NCBI GenBank assembly: GCA_004431415.1
Contig: QPMI01000534.1
Coordinates: 186,001-250,000 of the forward strand
Origin: Cyanophora paradoxa CCMP329
Lineage: Eukaryota; Plantae; Glaucophyta
Reading direction: 5' to 3'
Length of the DNA stretch: 64,000 bases
In this document: piece by piece, positions 47,301 through 60,553 of the stretch
Numbering within the stretch: the stretch's first letter is position 1
Layout: each line of letters opens with the position of its first letter
Position numbers and translations under genes: made by a program
Notes under the pieces: generated by a model
Seen by the model: only the letters and a program-made list of their open reading frames with translations
Told to the model about the DNA's origin: nothing
Databases searched by the model: none

Positions 47301-50300
47301 CGCCCCCGGGACCTTCGCCCCGGCCTGGGGCAGCGCGGTCTGCCGCCCCTGCGACGCCGGCACGTTCGCCGCGCTCGCGAACGCCACCTCGTGTCTGCCG
47401 TGCCCGCTCGGTGCGCTTTTCGACTGCAGGTGATTTGATGGGCGTCTGACGGAAGCAGGCCGCTGGGAGAACCGCTTCGGATCGGTCCTCTGCTCACCGG
47501 CGGGTGCGCATGCGGCGAGCAATGCTTGTTCCTCTGAGATCGGCTGACTCGACGCCAGACGTCAACGAGTTCGTCCCGGCGCTGTTCTCCACGTGCGCAT
47601 GCGGGCGCCGGCCGTCGCATTCTGCTCTGGAAAACGAGAGCTGATCACGAGCCCCGCGCAGGAAGCCGACGGAGTGCCCCGCGCACGCGCTGACCAACAA
47701 GCTCGCCTCCACCAACATCAGCGACTGCGTCTGCACGCCCGGTGCGCCCGGCCCGCTGCAATGGAGAAAGGCGTGGTCTATAGCTACCTGACTGCATGGC
47801 AGGATTCTACAGCGTCAAAACGATGGACGGCGCGCGGTACCGGCAGTGCTACCCATGCCCCGCGAACGGCGGCCGGTGCGGGGGCGGCCCGGCGTACGCG
47901 GTGGCCGAGGGGTACTGGCGCATACCCTGGGACTACCACACCGTGCGGCCCTAAGACTAGAAACCGGCGCTCCGGATCCGAGCCCTCCCTCAGGTGGTGG
48001 AATGCGGGAACAACGGCTGCGCGGGCGGCCCGGACTCAGAGGCCGGCATCCCCCCCCCCCCCCCCCCCCCCCCCCCCTTCGCGTCCTCCCCCTCCTAAGT
48101 CTCCGCAGTGCCGGGAAGGCTACCTCGGCAACTGGTGCACGACCTGCGACGTCGGCTACGGCATCCGCACGGCGCAGGTCGGCTCGCGCCCCCCGCGAGC
48201 CCCGCGCCCCTAGTCCTCCCCTGAAGCGGAACGCCCGACAGGACTGCAAGCTCTGCTCCTCGATGGCCGCGAGCCTCACGGGCGTCGTCTGTGGAGTCGG
48301 CTCCCTGGGTGCTATATTTAGACCTAGATCTGTACCCCCCATTTCATCCGTTCGCCTTCTCTGATCATGATCTTGCGTGCCAGTCATTGCCGCCGGCATC
48401 ATATCGTACTTCTCCATCAAGAGCGCCTTCGGGCACGCCGGGACGGCGACGATCGTGACCCGAGTCATCGTCGACCATATGGCCCTAAACTCCTACGTCC
48501 AGAGTGCTTGATTTCCCTCCGCCAAAGCCCTAGCCCTAGCCCTAGGCCTTTTGGGGGTTTCTTGTCGAAAGGGCGCGCGCAGGCATCCCGATGCGGTGGC
48601 CCGAGATCGTCCACAAGCTCCTCGCCTTCAACACGCTCTTCAACGTGACCGGCTTTGCGTCAAGGCTTCTTTTTGGCTGTTTTCAAGCGCGCCGCAGAAT
48701 CCCATCGAGACATTCGTCACCATCGACTGCGTTATGGCGGGCGCGCAGTACCGCAGGGTCCGAAGCCTCATCTTCCTCATATAATTAAGCTTGGAGCCGT
48801 TTCTTATATATAAAATTGCAGGAGCGCGTGTACTTCTGGAAGGCGACGGGCTACCTGGGGCTCATCCTCTGCTGCTTCATCCTGCCCGTCCTCGCGCTCT
48901 CCGTCGTGGCGTGGAGCCAGGTGTACCGCGCGCAGAAGCGCAAGTTCGCCCTGCGCCGCGAGAGGTGCGTGCCCTCCCATGCAAATTCGGGATCGAATTC
49001 GCTGATGGGCGGGAGTCTGCAGCCGCAGCGCGCAGCTGGCGGCGCCGGTGCACCCGCACCCGCAGGCCGTTCACCCCCTCAACCTCGCGGCCGTCGCGGC
49101 CGCAGCGAAGGCCAAGGCCCGCGCCGAGGCGGCGGCCGCGGCGAGCGACAAGGAGGCCAGCCCCGCAAACGGCGACGGCCCGACGCACCGGGCGGGCCAC
49201 AGGACCTTCCGAGAGGCTGGAGCGCTTGCCCTCACGGCCCGCAAAGTGTCGCACTTCATCTGGCCCGAGAGCGGGTCGTGCGCACACTCCAAACCTCGAT
49301 CGCTCATTCAGCGCGACCGACGTCGACGCGCTTGTACGTGCAGGTTGGGCCCGGCCGTCCTGCAAGACCCAGCCAAACCCCCCTTCCACGCCACCTGGTC
49401 CGCCGCCCGCTGCTTTCACTCTCTCGTGCCCGAAGCTCTAGCTTTCTTACATTCGTGCAGGAGCGACTACTATGTCGTGTGTTTCTCTCTATCTCTTATC
49501 CTCGTTTCTCGTGGAGGCGCGCCGAACTCCTGCGCCCTCAGGTTATTGCGATGGCGAGCCTCTTCCTCGTGCAGCCCTCCGTCGCCGAGCGGGTGCGCCC
49601 CGCCCCGTTGTTCTCCTGGATCGGAGCAACCGTCGCTCGATTATTCTCTTCCATTGTTCCCTTCAATCAGAGCAGCCGCTGAGCCGCTGACATGCACGAC
49701 AGTCGCTCGACCTCTTCCGCTGCAAGTCGCTGGGCGGCGGCGGCCCCGGCGACGTCGCCCCGCGCTCCTTCGTCCGCGGCTCGATGAACATCGACTGCTA
49801 CTCTCCCGAACACGTCCAGTGGCTGGTGGGCGTCAGCTTGCCGGGTTCGATCAAGTTCTCGTTCGAGTTCCATTCTGTCGCTTACGAGGGCGAATTCGAA
49901 GGCACCCTCCTCATTGTCGTGCTGGTGCCCGCTTTGTGGATCCGAATCCTGTGGCGCGGGCGCGGCGAGGGGCGCGAGGAGCCCCAGTACGTGCTCCGGT
50001 CGGTCGACGTCCCCGGCCCGACCCTTCGGTGCGGCCGGCTCTAACGGCGCCCCATGGCCAGGTACTCGTGGCTCTACGACGGGTACCGCGACGGCGTCTA
50101 CTGGTGGGAGATCGTCCAAGTGTACCGCAAGGTGCGGCGCTCGTGACGCGCGCTTCCGCGCCCCGAACGAACCTGATCGAGAGCGTCTCCCGTGGCCAGC
50201 TCTTCCTCGTGACGATCAACGTGTTCATGGCTGAGCAGCCACAGGCCCTAGGCCTCATCTCCCTCGCCTTCTTCATCCTCAGTGCGCGAAATTTAAACCC

Positions 50301-51913
50301 GCTCGAAATCCTGCGGGCGAAACAGCTGACCACGAGCGAACCGCCGCCAGACGCCTGCGTCGACCTCTTCGTCCTACCGTTCAAAGACCGCCTCATAAAC
50401 GCTCTAAACTTCTTCTCCCTCGGTCCGCTGCTCGTGACGTTTGCCTTGGTTGGAAGCTGAACTAATCTTTCGCCGCTCAGGCGTCAACCTCTTCACCGGT
50501 CCGCCCCGCCCCCGTCGATCCCGCCCCTCCTCCTAACGCGCCGTCCCCAGTCTACTGTGGCCTAGGCTTCATCTCCAACACGATGAACAACGAGGCCGTG
50601 CGCCCTTCGCAATTAAATCCTCCCTCCAGACTGTCGTCCTAAAATTACAATAACATCCTTTGCAATTACATCCATTTTCCTAATTGTAACTGTCGTCTTA
50701 CATCCCCGCCCGATTCTCCCTTTACAAGTACATCGCCCCTCCTAACTGTCTCACTCGACATCCTCGCCCGACTGGCCCCAAACTGTCGTCTTACGAAAAC
50801 AATAACATCCTTTGCAATCCACAATCCCAACTACAATTACATCTCCCCTCCGAACCGTCGTCTTACATCTTCGGAAGATGCTCGCGACGACGGTCGCCGT
50901 CTCGGTGGCCAACGTCTCTTTCTTCGTCTTCGCGGGCGTCGTCCTCTTCCGCGCCGTCTTCCTTCTCGTCTTCAAGACCCTCGTCCCCAAGGTGCGCACG
51001 GGGCCCTGCACGATTGCGATTGCGCGCGGTTCGACGGACAGGGTCCAATTGCAACGGGAGCAGATCCCGTTCCTTCGCAAGCGGCTGCGGAAGCAGAGCG
51101 TCTACAAGCTGCTGCGGTACACGAGCCAGGCGCAGGGCCACATCAGCTCGGTCCTATCGCAGGTCCAGCACTCCAATAGGGTGCGCCCCTTCACACAGCA
51201 CAACCTAGATTCCTCGGCTCAGTAGAACTCTCCTCAACCGAGCGCAGTCGGGGGCGGACGCGGGTCGGGCGCCGCCGGAGAAGCCGGCCGACGGCGATGC
51301 GGCGCCGCGGCGGGGCGGCCTGGCGAAGAAGACAGCCTCGAAGGGGTCGAGAGCGCGGGTCGCCCTGCCCGGCGACGAAGGCTACGAGGAGGCCGGCCCC
51401 TCGTGGAGCGTGGACGTGCCTGCGCCGGATCCGGCGAGCGGGCCGGCCCCCGCCGGCGCCGCGAACCGCGTCGGGAGCTGGACGTCGACGGAGGCCGGGG
51501 AGGGCGACGTGTACGGGTCGTCGAGCTCGGCCGGCAGCGCGATCGTCCGCGCGCTCGCCCCCTCGGACCCGGAGGCCGTCACGTCGATCTGGGCCGCCCC
51601 CCTCGCGACGACGGAGGCGCAAGCCCTCAACCACGAACCAGTCGGCGCTGTGGAGCCCGAAGCCGAAGCCGAAGCCGAAGCCGAAGCCGTCGTCTCGGAG
51701 GCGCCGGACGCGAAGCCGGCGCCGACGGCCCGATCGGACGCTGGCGAGTGGGCGCCCGACCTCGCGACGCGCGTCTTCGCCCTCCACGAGAGCCTTCCCC
51801 TCGAGGCGGCGCCGGATCCGGAGGCCCCGCCTGCGCCTGCGCCTGCGCCGCCTCCGTTGGCCCCCGCGCATCGGCATTCTCTGGATGCAGTCATTCCGAG
51901 GGAGGACGCCTAG
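44379..51913 (+). CDS. Membrane receptor: signal peptide + Venus-flytrap (ANF-receptor-type) domain + Cys-rich ephrin-receptor-like repeats + multi-TM domain
   Basis: VGPATSRVA, PQVSMSATDPELT..PAYDFFTRVAPSDTLQA, DEAYG, SGVTGPIKMDASGDR, IVWPG. Then C..CPAG/C..GTF repeats, GYWR...CREGYLGNWCTTCDVGY, IDCYSPEH, and YSWLYDGYRDGVYWWEIVQVYRKLFLV with further hydrophobic helices. Confidence 0.85.
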
Positions 51914-52999
51914 TGCATGTTATAATCAGTCCTCTTTATTATTGCAAGGGTTGCTTGCTTCCCATCCCTTAGTATTGCTTCCCGCCGAGTTGTGCGAATT
52001 ATTGATGGGCCACCTGGCAACAAGACTTTTCTTTCATGTAACGGGCGAAAATTAATGTCGCGCACTTTCGCTGCTGCAGCTGGGTCGCCGGAAAATGCGC
52101 CCGCGCGCGCGCTCGAGAGGACTTTTCTGAAGATTCTAAGAGTCCTGCATACGAAAGCGAAATCCTGGCGCTCGCGTCTGGGATGCCCGCGTCTGCAGCT
52201 GCAGCCCGCTGAAGCAGAGGAACGGCGTATGCGTAGAAACTTGGCGACGCTGCTTTGGGCAGTTGCAGCAGATCTAGAAGGCTAGGATCTCCAGGCCGTC
52301 GACTGAATTTTGTGATTTCGCGCTCCTGCAGCTGCAGCTGGCTGGCCGGGCTGTGATCTCGAACAAATTCTCTCAAGTTGCTCAGGGACCTTCATGGTTC
52401 AATCATTGAAATGGTTAGATATTTTCGGTCTGTACCGTAGTACCTAGATCTAGATCTAGAGATGACCTTGCACATCCAAAGCTGTACTCTGTGGCCCGTG
52501 ATATATATTTTTGAAGATCTGATATGATCATGGAACTGATCATGAGAAGCGATTGGAACTCGTATGCAATATTAATTGCGAGGGGCCCGGAGGGGCCGGA
52601 CCTTCGAGAATATATAACGGCTGGTGGCGTATACGCCACTCAAGACTAAATATAAAACGTCCAGTTTCAACGGGGGCCCCGCAGCTGAGGCACGCGCGCG
52701 CCACCCTCGCGATCGCCCGTCCAGGCGACCCTGCGCACGCACACAGGCACGCGAAAAGCGTTAGCAATGCTCCGTTCGGATTCGTCAAATCGTGGGCGGA
52801 AATTATATTAGATTGGGCGCACGAGGGGCTTGGAGTGCGCCTGTTCGAATTCGGCGAAGGTTCCCGCTTGAGCGCTGCCGCCGCCTTGGGGCTCGGGCAC
52901 CGCTGCTGCCTGCGCACGCACGCCCGAGAAGCGTCAGTCGCATTGCTCTGAATTGGAGGCGCAGCGCACGCGCGCGCTGCAGCTGCGGGGACCGCGCGC

Positions 53000-55900
53000 A
53001 TGCGCACATCGTCCCGTGGTCTCGGGGCGACAGTGAGGCGTGCGCGTGTGTCCCGAGGCCAGGCCCCGCGAGGGACGGGACCCTCGCCGCGAGCCGCCAG
53101 GCGCTGTCGGCCTCGTCGTACACTTCGACGCAGTCGGCTTCGGCGGCGCCGGCGCCAGCGGCCCCGGCCCCGAGCTCGGGCTCGGGCTCCTCCAGGGTCA
53201 CTTCCACGCGCGGGGATTTCACTTGCATTGGGGCGCGGGCCCACTGGTCGCGCAGCTGCAGGCGGGACCCAGCTTGCGCGGGGCGCTCCGGGTCCCCTGC
53301 CAGAGCGCCGAGAGGTTGCTGGGGTCGTCTGCAGCGGCCGCGGAGAAACGCGTTGGCGACGCAAGCTTAAGTGCCTCACGCACGCGAATATACAGCACGC
53401 ACCGTTCTGATTCCGATATCGGCACCTGGCCGGGGTAGCTCGGCTCCTCTAGCTCAGGCCTAGGCGGGGACGCAGGTGCACGGGGCGAGACAGAGAAGGC
53501 CGTTCGCGTCGACCTCGGGCGCGCCGGGCTTGCAAGGGGTGGCAGCTCGATTGTCGGCTTCTGGTCCTTTCCACGAGCCGATTTCGCGGTGGGCGCCGAA
53601 AACGTCAGCGCTGACGTGGGCACTGCAGCTGGCAGCATTGGCGTGGGCAGCGGCGCCGCGGTCGAGCCCGGATCCAGCCCGGGAAGCTTGCCCCGACCCG
53701 TGGCCGGTCTCGCAGTCGGCTCCGACGGAGGCGGCGCAGCCGCATGCGCAGCGGGCGCCGGCGGCGCCGATGCCAACGGGGCTGCCTGCAGCTGCTTGTG
53801 CGCGTCAGCGTCGACGGACTCGGCCGCGCCCTTCGAGTCGCCGGCGCCGGCAGGTCCGGGCTCGCGATCGAGGGAAACTTCGACGCGCGGCGACGGCGAG
53901 GCGGACGACACGGGGTGGGCCCAGCGAAGGCTTTGTTTCCCCTGAGCTCGATCCGAGTCGATTGGGGGCGAGACGGGGAGAGGCAGCTGCAGGGTCGCGT
54001 GCAAAGCCGCCGCCGGCCGTGTCCGCTTTGCGCCGACGCCGAGGACGCTGTTGGGGGCCTCGGCCTCGCCTTCGCCGGGGAGCGCGTGAGGCTCGGCAAT
54101 GGAGCCCTTCCGGCGGCGGGCGGCCCTCCTTCGGCGGACGACGACGGCGACGATGACGGCGGCAACCAGCGCTGCTCCGCCGCCCGCCGCGCCGGCGACT
54201 ACCACGATCGGGAGACCGCCGGATCCCGACTCTGGTGCCTGCGTGGGATTCGACCCGGCGCCTGCATCCGCTGCGGGCGGCGCGGGCGCCGCCGTCGCTG
54301 CCGGCTTGACGGCGAGCTGGACGACGGGGGCGCCGCCCTCGGCGAGGCTCTGCGCGACGACGGGCGCCGCCAGAGCCGTTTCGATGCGCTTCAGCTCCGC
54401 CGCCGTCGACGCGGCGCCGGCCGACTGCACCTCCGCCGAGGCGCGAGCGACGAAGTCCGCCAGCACGCGGTCGCCACCCGCGGCGGCCGCGAGGCGGCGG
54501 GCGCGGGAGGCGGCGGCGACGCAGCGGATGCTTGTGAAGCGGACTTGGCCGGATTCGAGGCCGAGCGCCTCGGTCAGCGTCTGCGCCATCCTTTTCGCCA
54601 TCGATCCCTGCGCAGAGAAACGCTCAGTGATGTTCTCTCTGGCGTAAGCAGTATCATAATATATTGGTCTGGAATCGGAAGCTTATATATGTAAATAGAG
54701 TTATAAGAGGGTGGGGATTGACGCACTGAGATGCTAGTGCAAGGCAGGTCGAAAGTAATCGTGAAGGCGACAGCGCTCGGAGGTGCATCGGCCTTCGCGC
54801 CAGAATTCGTGTTGGAGCTGCCTTTGCCGTTGGAGTTGGAGTTGGAGTTGGCGTTCGAATTCGAGTTTGTGTTCGAGTTCGAGTTGCCATTCGAGCTAGG
54901 CGTCGAGCTGGACTCGGCCTCTGGCTCGACGAGGTCCGCCAGCTCGGTGTCCGAGAAGAGCAGCGCCAGGCTGATCTCAACCGCCGCCGACGTCGAGTTG
55001 CCTGTTGCCAAAATGAGGACTTAGTTAGCCATCGCTTGGAAGCTTTGGGTATGGGTTGCACACCGGAAAGAGATAGCGATGCAGTGCGGGCGATAATACT
55101 CTCGACGAGGAAAGAATTCGACAGGCCGACCCAGCCCTGTCGCACCGCCACACCGTACGTTGCGCCGGGCCGCAGACCCGTCGCGTTGTGGGCGGGGCCG
55201 GCGAGGCCGCCCCACGCGAGCCGTGCGCCGCCACCCGACGTGACGGCGACCTCGAAGCGCGACTCGGCCCAGCCGGCCCCGAAGACGAGCGCCAGCGCCT
55301 CGGAGCCCGACGCGGGGCGCGCGCCCGTGAACGCTCCCGCGCTGAACGTGAACGACTCTGCGCGCGCCAAATGGGTTCTCTGATCAGCGGGAGCGAAACC
55401 ACGAAACACATTTTCGCGCACCCCAAACGACGTAAAGCCAATCGGCCCCGACTTTGCTGGCGCGGACCTCGTATGACGTGTCGATGGTCCGCGCTTCCGT
55501 CACTGCGCAATCGAAAAGGTCGGCGTTTGTAAAGTAGGAGCCAAGCGCAACCAGGCGCCACTCACGCGGGAACTCCATAACAGTGGACGGAAGGACCCCT
55601 GCCTTGGGATCGCGCCCAACGCCTCCGCCAAACGACTCGGCGACCACGTGGACGGTGTAGAGAACGCCAGCGTTGATGCCGGTAGCGTCCGAGAGGGTCA
55701 GGCGGAACGTGGGCGAGCCGTACGTCCAGAGCGGCTTTGACAGCCATTGCGCAGCGGCGGCTGCAGGGGAGGACGCGCCGCCCGTCGTGAAGAGCCCAAC
55801 GACGAACGCCGGACAGCGGCTCGGAGGCTCGGCAACAACGGGGCTCCACGTAAATTCGACCTCATCGATCCCGACGAGGCGCGCTTGGAGGGAGGCTGGC

Positions 55901-58900
55901 AAGGCTCCGCATTCTGCCGCGCACGTCGGGATCGGCGCGCACAAAAACAAATGAAAGCGAACGATATTTACATACCGAGCTCGAGGATCGCAGGAGAAGG
56001 CGTGGCCGTCGGAGGCGGAGCCTGCACGACGACGGGAGGCGGGGCGGACGGAGAGGGTGTTGGAGACAGAGAGGCGGTGGGTGCCGGGCTCGGGCTCGCT
56101 GAAGGCGACGGGCTCGGGCTCGGGCTCGCTGTCGGCGACGGGGACGGGCTTGGGCTCGCCGATGGCGACGGGCTCGGGCTCGGGCTCGCCGTCGGCGACG
56201 GGGACGGGCTTGGGCTCGCCGATGGCGACAGGCTCGGGCTCGGGCTCGCCTTTGCCGATGGCGATGGGCTCGGGCTCGGGCTCGCCGTTGCTGACGGCGA
56301 CGGGGACGGGCTCGTCGATGGCGACGGGCTCGGGCTCGCTGTCGGCGACGGGCTCGGGCTCGGGATCGCTGCAGCTGTCGGCGAAGGGGACGGGCTTGGG
56401 GTCGCCGATGGTGACGGCGATGGGCTCGGGATCAACGATGGAGACGGGGACGGGCTTGGGCTCGCCGTTGCCAACGGCGACGGGGACGGGCTCGGGCTCG
56501 CAACCGCTGACGGCGACGGGAGCGGGCTCGGGCTCGCTGTTTCTGATGGCGACGGGCTAGGGCTTGCCGATGGCGACGGGCTAGGGCTCGGGCTCGCCAC
56601 CGCTGACGGCGACGGCGACGGGGTCGGGCTCGTCGCCTCTGACAGCGACGGGGACGGGCTCGGGCTCGCCGCCTCTGACGGCAACGGCGACGGGCTCGGG
56701 CTCGCCGCCTCTGACGGCGACGGGGACGGGCTCGGGCTCGCTGTTGCCGACGGCGACGGGCTCGGGCTCGCCGATGGCGACGGGCTGGGGCTCGGGCTCG
56801 CCGCCTCTAGATCTGACGGCGACGGGGACGGGCTTGGGCTCGCCGTTGCCAACGGCGACGGGGACGGGCTCGGGCTCGCAACCGCTGACGGCGACGGGAG
56901 CGGGCTCGGGCTCGCTGTTTCTGATGGCGACGGGCAAGGGCTTGCCGATGGCGACGGGCTAGGGCTCAGGCTCGCCGCCTCTGACGGCGACGGCGACGGG
57001 CTCGGGCTCGTCACCTCTGACGGCGACGGGGACGGGCTCGGGCTCGCCGCCTCTGACGGCGACGGGGACGGGCTCGGGCTCGCCGCCTCTGACGGCGACG
57101 GCGACGGGCTCGGGCTCGCCGCCTCTGACGGCAACGGCGACGGGCTCGGGCTCGCTGTCGCTGAGAGCAACAGGGTCGGGCTCGGGCTCGCCGCCTCTGA
57201 CGGCGACGGGGACGGGCTCGGGCTCGCCGCCTCTGACGGCGACGGGGACGGGCTCGGGCTCGCCGCCTCTGACGGCAACGGCGACGGGCTCGGGCTCGCT
57301 GTCGCTGAGAGCAACGGGGGCGGGCTCGGGCTCGCCGCCTCTGATGGCGACGGGGACGGGCTCGGGCTCGCCGCCTCTGACGGCGACGGGGACGGGCTCG
57401 GGCTCGCCGCCTCTGACGGCAACGGCGACGGGCTCGGGCTCGCTGTCGGTGAGAGCAACGGGGGCGGGCTCGGGCTCGCCGCCTCTGATGGCGACGGGGA
57501 CGGGCTCGGGCTCGCCGCCTCTGACGGCGACGGGGGCTCGGACGAAGGAGAAGGGCTCGCTGTCGCTGATAGCGATGCCGATGGAATCGGGCTCGGGCTT
57601 GGGCTCGCCGACGGCGACGGGGACGGGGACGGCGCGCTGGAGAGAGACGGCGAGGGGCTCGCAGTCGCTGACGGCGATGGCGCCGGGCTCGCGCTCGCAG
57701 TCGGCGAGGCCGACGGCGACGCCGTCGGCGAAGGAGAGATCGCCAGCAGTGGAGCCGTTTCTGCCTCTGCATCAAATAAGGGTCAGACAAGCGCGTGACG
57801 TTGCCAGCGCGTGCGCCTCTGCAGCGCGGCAGCGGTGGTCGCACCGTAAAAGCCCAATTCTTGGTACAGCGCCACCGGCCCCACGAACGCCCGCACCGCC
57901 CCGCCGCTCGCGTTCGCCCCCGCCGCCGGCCAGAACGTGATCCCGACGCCCCCGACGCCCGCCACGCCGGAGGGCGCACCCCCGGGCCCCGCCGCCAGCT
58001 GCGCCGTCCCGTTCACGCCGCTCACCAGCACCGACGCCAGCGCCACTCCGACCGCCCGCCCCATCGACCGCGGGTACAACGCTGCACAACAATGCGTCAG
58101 TGCACCGCGCGCGCGCGCTCAGATGCAGGAGGGGGGCGGGCGCACTGCAGCGGACCGGCCCGCCGGCCGCCTGCAGCCGCGACCCGCAGTCGAGCTGCGA
58201 CGTCGCGTCCGGAGTACCTGCCGGCGGCCGAGCCCCCGATCAGACACCCGCACAACCCGCGAGGCGCGGGCGGCCGATTGCACCGACGATGTCGACGTCG
58301 AGCGGGCGGCCCACGACGCGCCCCGTCGCCGTTCGGTACGCGCGCAGCTGGGCCCGGCCGAGCACGCCCGTCACCGGCACCGAGAACGCGAATGAAGATG
58401 CGCTCGCCCCCGACAGGAACACCGTTCGGCTCGTCTCCCCGCTCGTCAACTGCACCGTGAACCTGCGCGCCCGTCGCGATCGATTGGCCGCGACGCGCGG
58501 CCCGGGAAGCGCGGGGCGGCTCAGCGGCTCACGCGGCGGCCTCGACGGCGAGGGCGGCGTTGCGGCGCCGCGGGCTGAAGGTGCAGTCGAGGGCGCCGTC
58601 GGCGGGTGCCCAGGCCCGTGCGCATTCCAACAGCGACGAGCCGTCCGCCTGCGCCGCCGACGGGCCGAGCTCCAGCGCGAGAGAGGTCCAAAGCGTGCAC
58701 GAGTAAAGGTCCTTCGGATCGGACGCCTGCGCCAACATTGGTCACCCCAGAGGTTGACATATTCAAAGCTTGCAAGAGCCTTTGCGCACGTTTGCACACG
58801 GGTGAAGCGGCGGGGCCGGCGTCGGCGACGGCGAAGGGGTGTACGACGGCGAGGGGCTCGCGGAGGGGGAAGGCGCTCGCGACGGGGTGACGGAGGGCGA

Positions 58901-58915
58901 GGGGCTCGGGCTCGC

Positions 58916-58952
<37 letters not shown>

Positions 58953-60553
58953 CGCATGCTTGGCGAAGGGGACGGCGACGGCGACGGGCTTGCAGACGGA
59001 CTCGCCGACGGTGACGGCCGCAGGCTCGCTGATGGCGAAGGGGACGGGCTCGGGCTCGCCGATGGCGAAGGGCTCGGGCTCGGGCTCGCCGACGGGCTCG
59101 GGCTCGGGCTCAGGCTAGCCGAGGGCGACGGCGATCGCGATGGGCTCGGGCTTGCCGACGGCGATGGCGATGGCGACGGGGACGGGGACGGCGTGCTGGA
59201 GGGCGACGGCGAGGGGCTCGCTGTCGCTGACGGCGATGGAAACGGGCTTGCGCTCGCGCTCGCAGTCGGCGAGGGCGATGGTGACGGCGACGGCGACGCT
59301 GTCGGTGAAAGAGCGATCGCCAGCAGCGGAGCCGCTTCGACCTCTACATCAACCCAAGCGTCAGAACAGCGCGTGACGTTGCCTACGCATGATGGAAATG
59401 GTATGCAGCGCGGCGGCGGCGATCGCACCGTAAAAGCCCAATTCTTGGTACAGCGCCACCGGCCCCACGAACGCCCGCACCGCCCCGCCGCTCGCGTTCG
59501 CCCCCGCCGCCGGCCAGAACGTGATCCCGACGCCTCCGACGCCCGCCACGCCCGAGGGCGCGCCCCCGGGCCCCGCCGCCAGCTGCGCCGTCCCGTTCAC
59601 GCCTCTCACCAGCACCGACGCCAGCGCCACTCCGACCGCCCGCCCCCTCGACCGCGGGTACAACGCTGCACAACAATGCGTCAGTGCACCGCGCGCGCGC
59701 GCTCAGATGCAGGAGGGGGGCGGGCGCACTGCAGCGGACCGGCCCGCCCACCGCCTGCAGCCGCACCCCGCAGTCGAGCTGCGACGTCGCGTCCGGAGTA
59801 CCTGCCGGCGGCCGAGCCCCCGATCAGACACGCGCACGCCCCGCGCGGCCCAGGCGGGCTCCATGCCAGTCGCACCGACGATGTCAACGTCGAGCGGGCG
59901 GCCCACGACGCGACCCGTCGCCGTTCGGTACGCGCGCAGCTGCGCCCGGCCGAGCACGCCCGCCACCGGCACCGAGAACGCGAACGACGACGCGCTCGCC
60001 CCCGACAGGAACACCGTCCGGCTCGCCTCGCCGCTCGTCAGCTGCACCGCGAACCTGCGCGCCCGTTTGTCGCCCGCGAGGCGCGGCCCGGGAAGCGTGG
60101 GGCGGCCAGCGCTCACGCAGCGGCCTCGACGGCGAGGGCGGCGTTGCGGCGCCGCGGGCTGAAGGTGCAGTCGAGGGCGCCGTCGGCGGGGGCCCAGGCC
60201 CGCAAGCATTCTAACAGCGATGTGTCGTCCGCCTGCGCCGCCGACGGGCCGAGCTCCAGCGCGAGGGAGCCCCACAGAGCGCCCGAGTAGGCATCGCTTC
60301 CCGTAGTGGCTGTCTGCAGGACTCTCCGAGCGCCGCCCGTCGCCTCGGCGCGCGCGTGCGCTTCGTAGTCAGCGCTTCCATATGCACTGCCAGCGCCATC
60401 AAGCACGACTTCCGCTGTGCGAGAGGGGTCACAAAAGTCATCGCGAACGTTTAACACGCCTATAGCTAGGATCGGCGCACCGTTGACGCATCTGCCGCAC
60501 ATCAGCATGAACATGACGGTGAGGCAAATCGCCAGGCGCGCCATATGCATCAT
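53000..60553 (-). CDS. Large single-pass cell-surface glycoprotein with duplicated beta-rich module, (Ser-Pro)n arrays, FN3-like and SEA-like regions
   Basis: Signal peptide MARLAICLTVMFMLMCGRCVNG, two SP arrays, FN3-like EFTW...LYTVHVVAES and GLRPGATYGVAV, RRL motif, TM LPIVVVAGAAGGGAALVAAVIVAVVV followed by RRRR. 3' end approximate. Confidence 0.75.
55990..57750 (-). repeat. Coding (Ser-Pro)n minisatellite, ~36-nt SEAASPSPSPSP units
   Basis: Tandem GGGCTC/GGCGAC/GGGGAC hexamers on the + strand. Confidence 0.95.
57620..60290 (-). repeat. Intragenic duplication (~57620-58720 vs ~59170-60290)
   Basis: Near-identical exons and introns, e.g. GCACCGTAAAAGCCCAATTCTTGGTACAGC at 57841 and 59425. 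Confidence 0.9.
58840..59320 (-). repeat. Second coding (Ser-Pro)n array
   Basis: Same hexamer repeat class. ORF 58763-59428 reads SPSPSP. Confidence 0.9.

Noticed and set aside
55747-57798. 683-aa + strand ORF of GDGLGL repeats (also 58839-60290)
   Set aside because: Antisense shadow of the minus-strand (Ser-Pro)n exon. Signal peptide, splice sites and TM all lie on the minus strand.
60113-60115. In-frame TGA as selenocysteine/readthrough or alternative genetic code
   Set aside because: The TGA lies within a GTGAGC splice donor. Conserved genes splice without internal stops and end at TAG/TGA normally.
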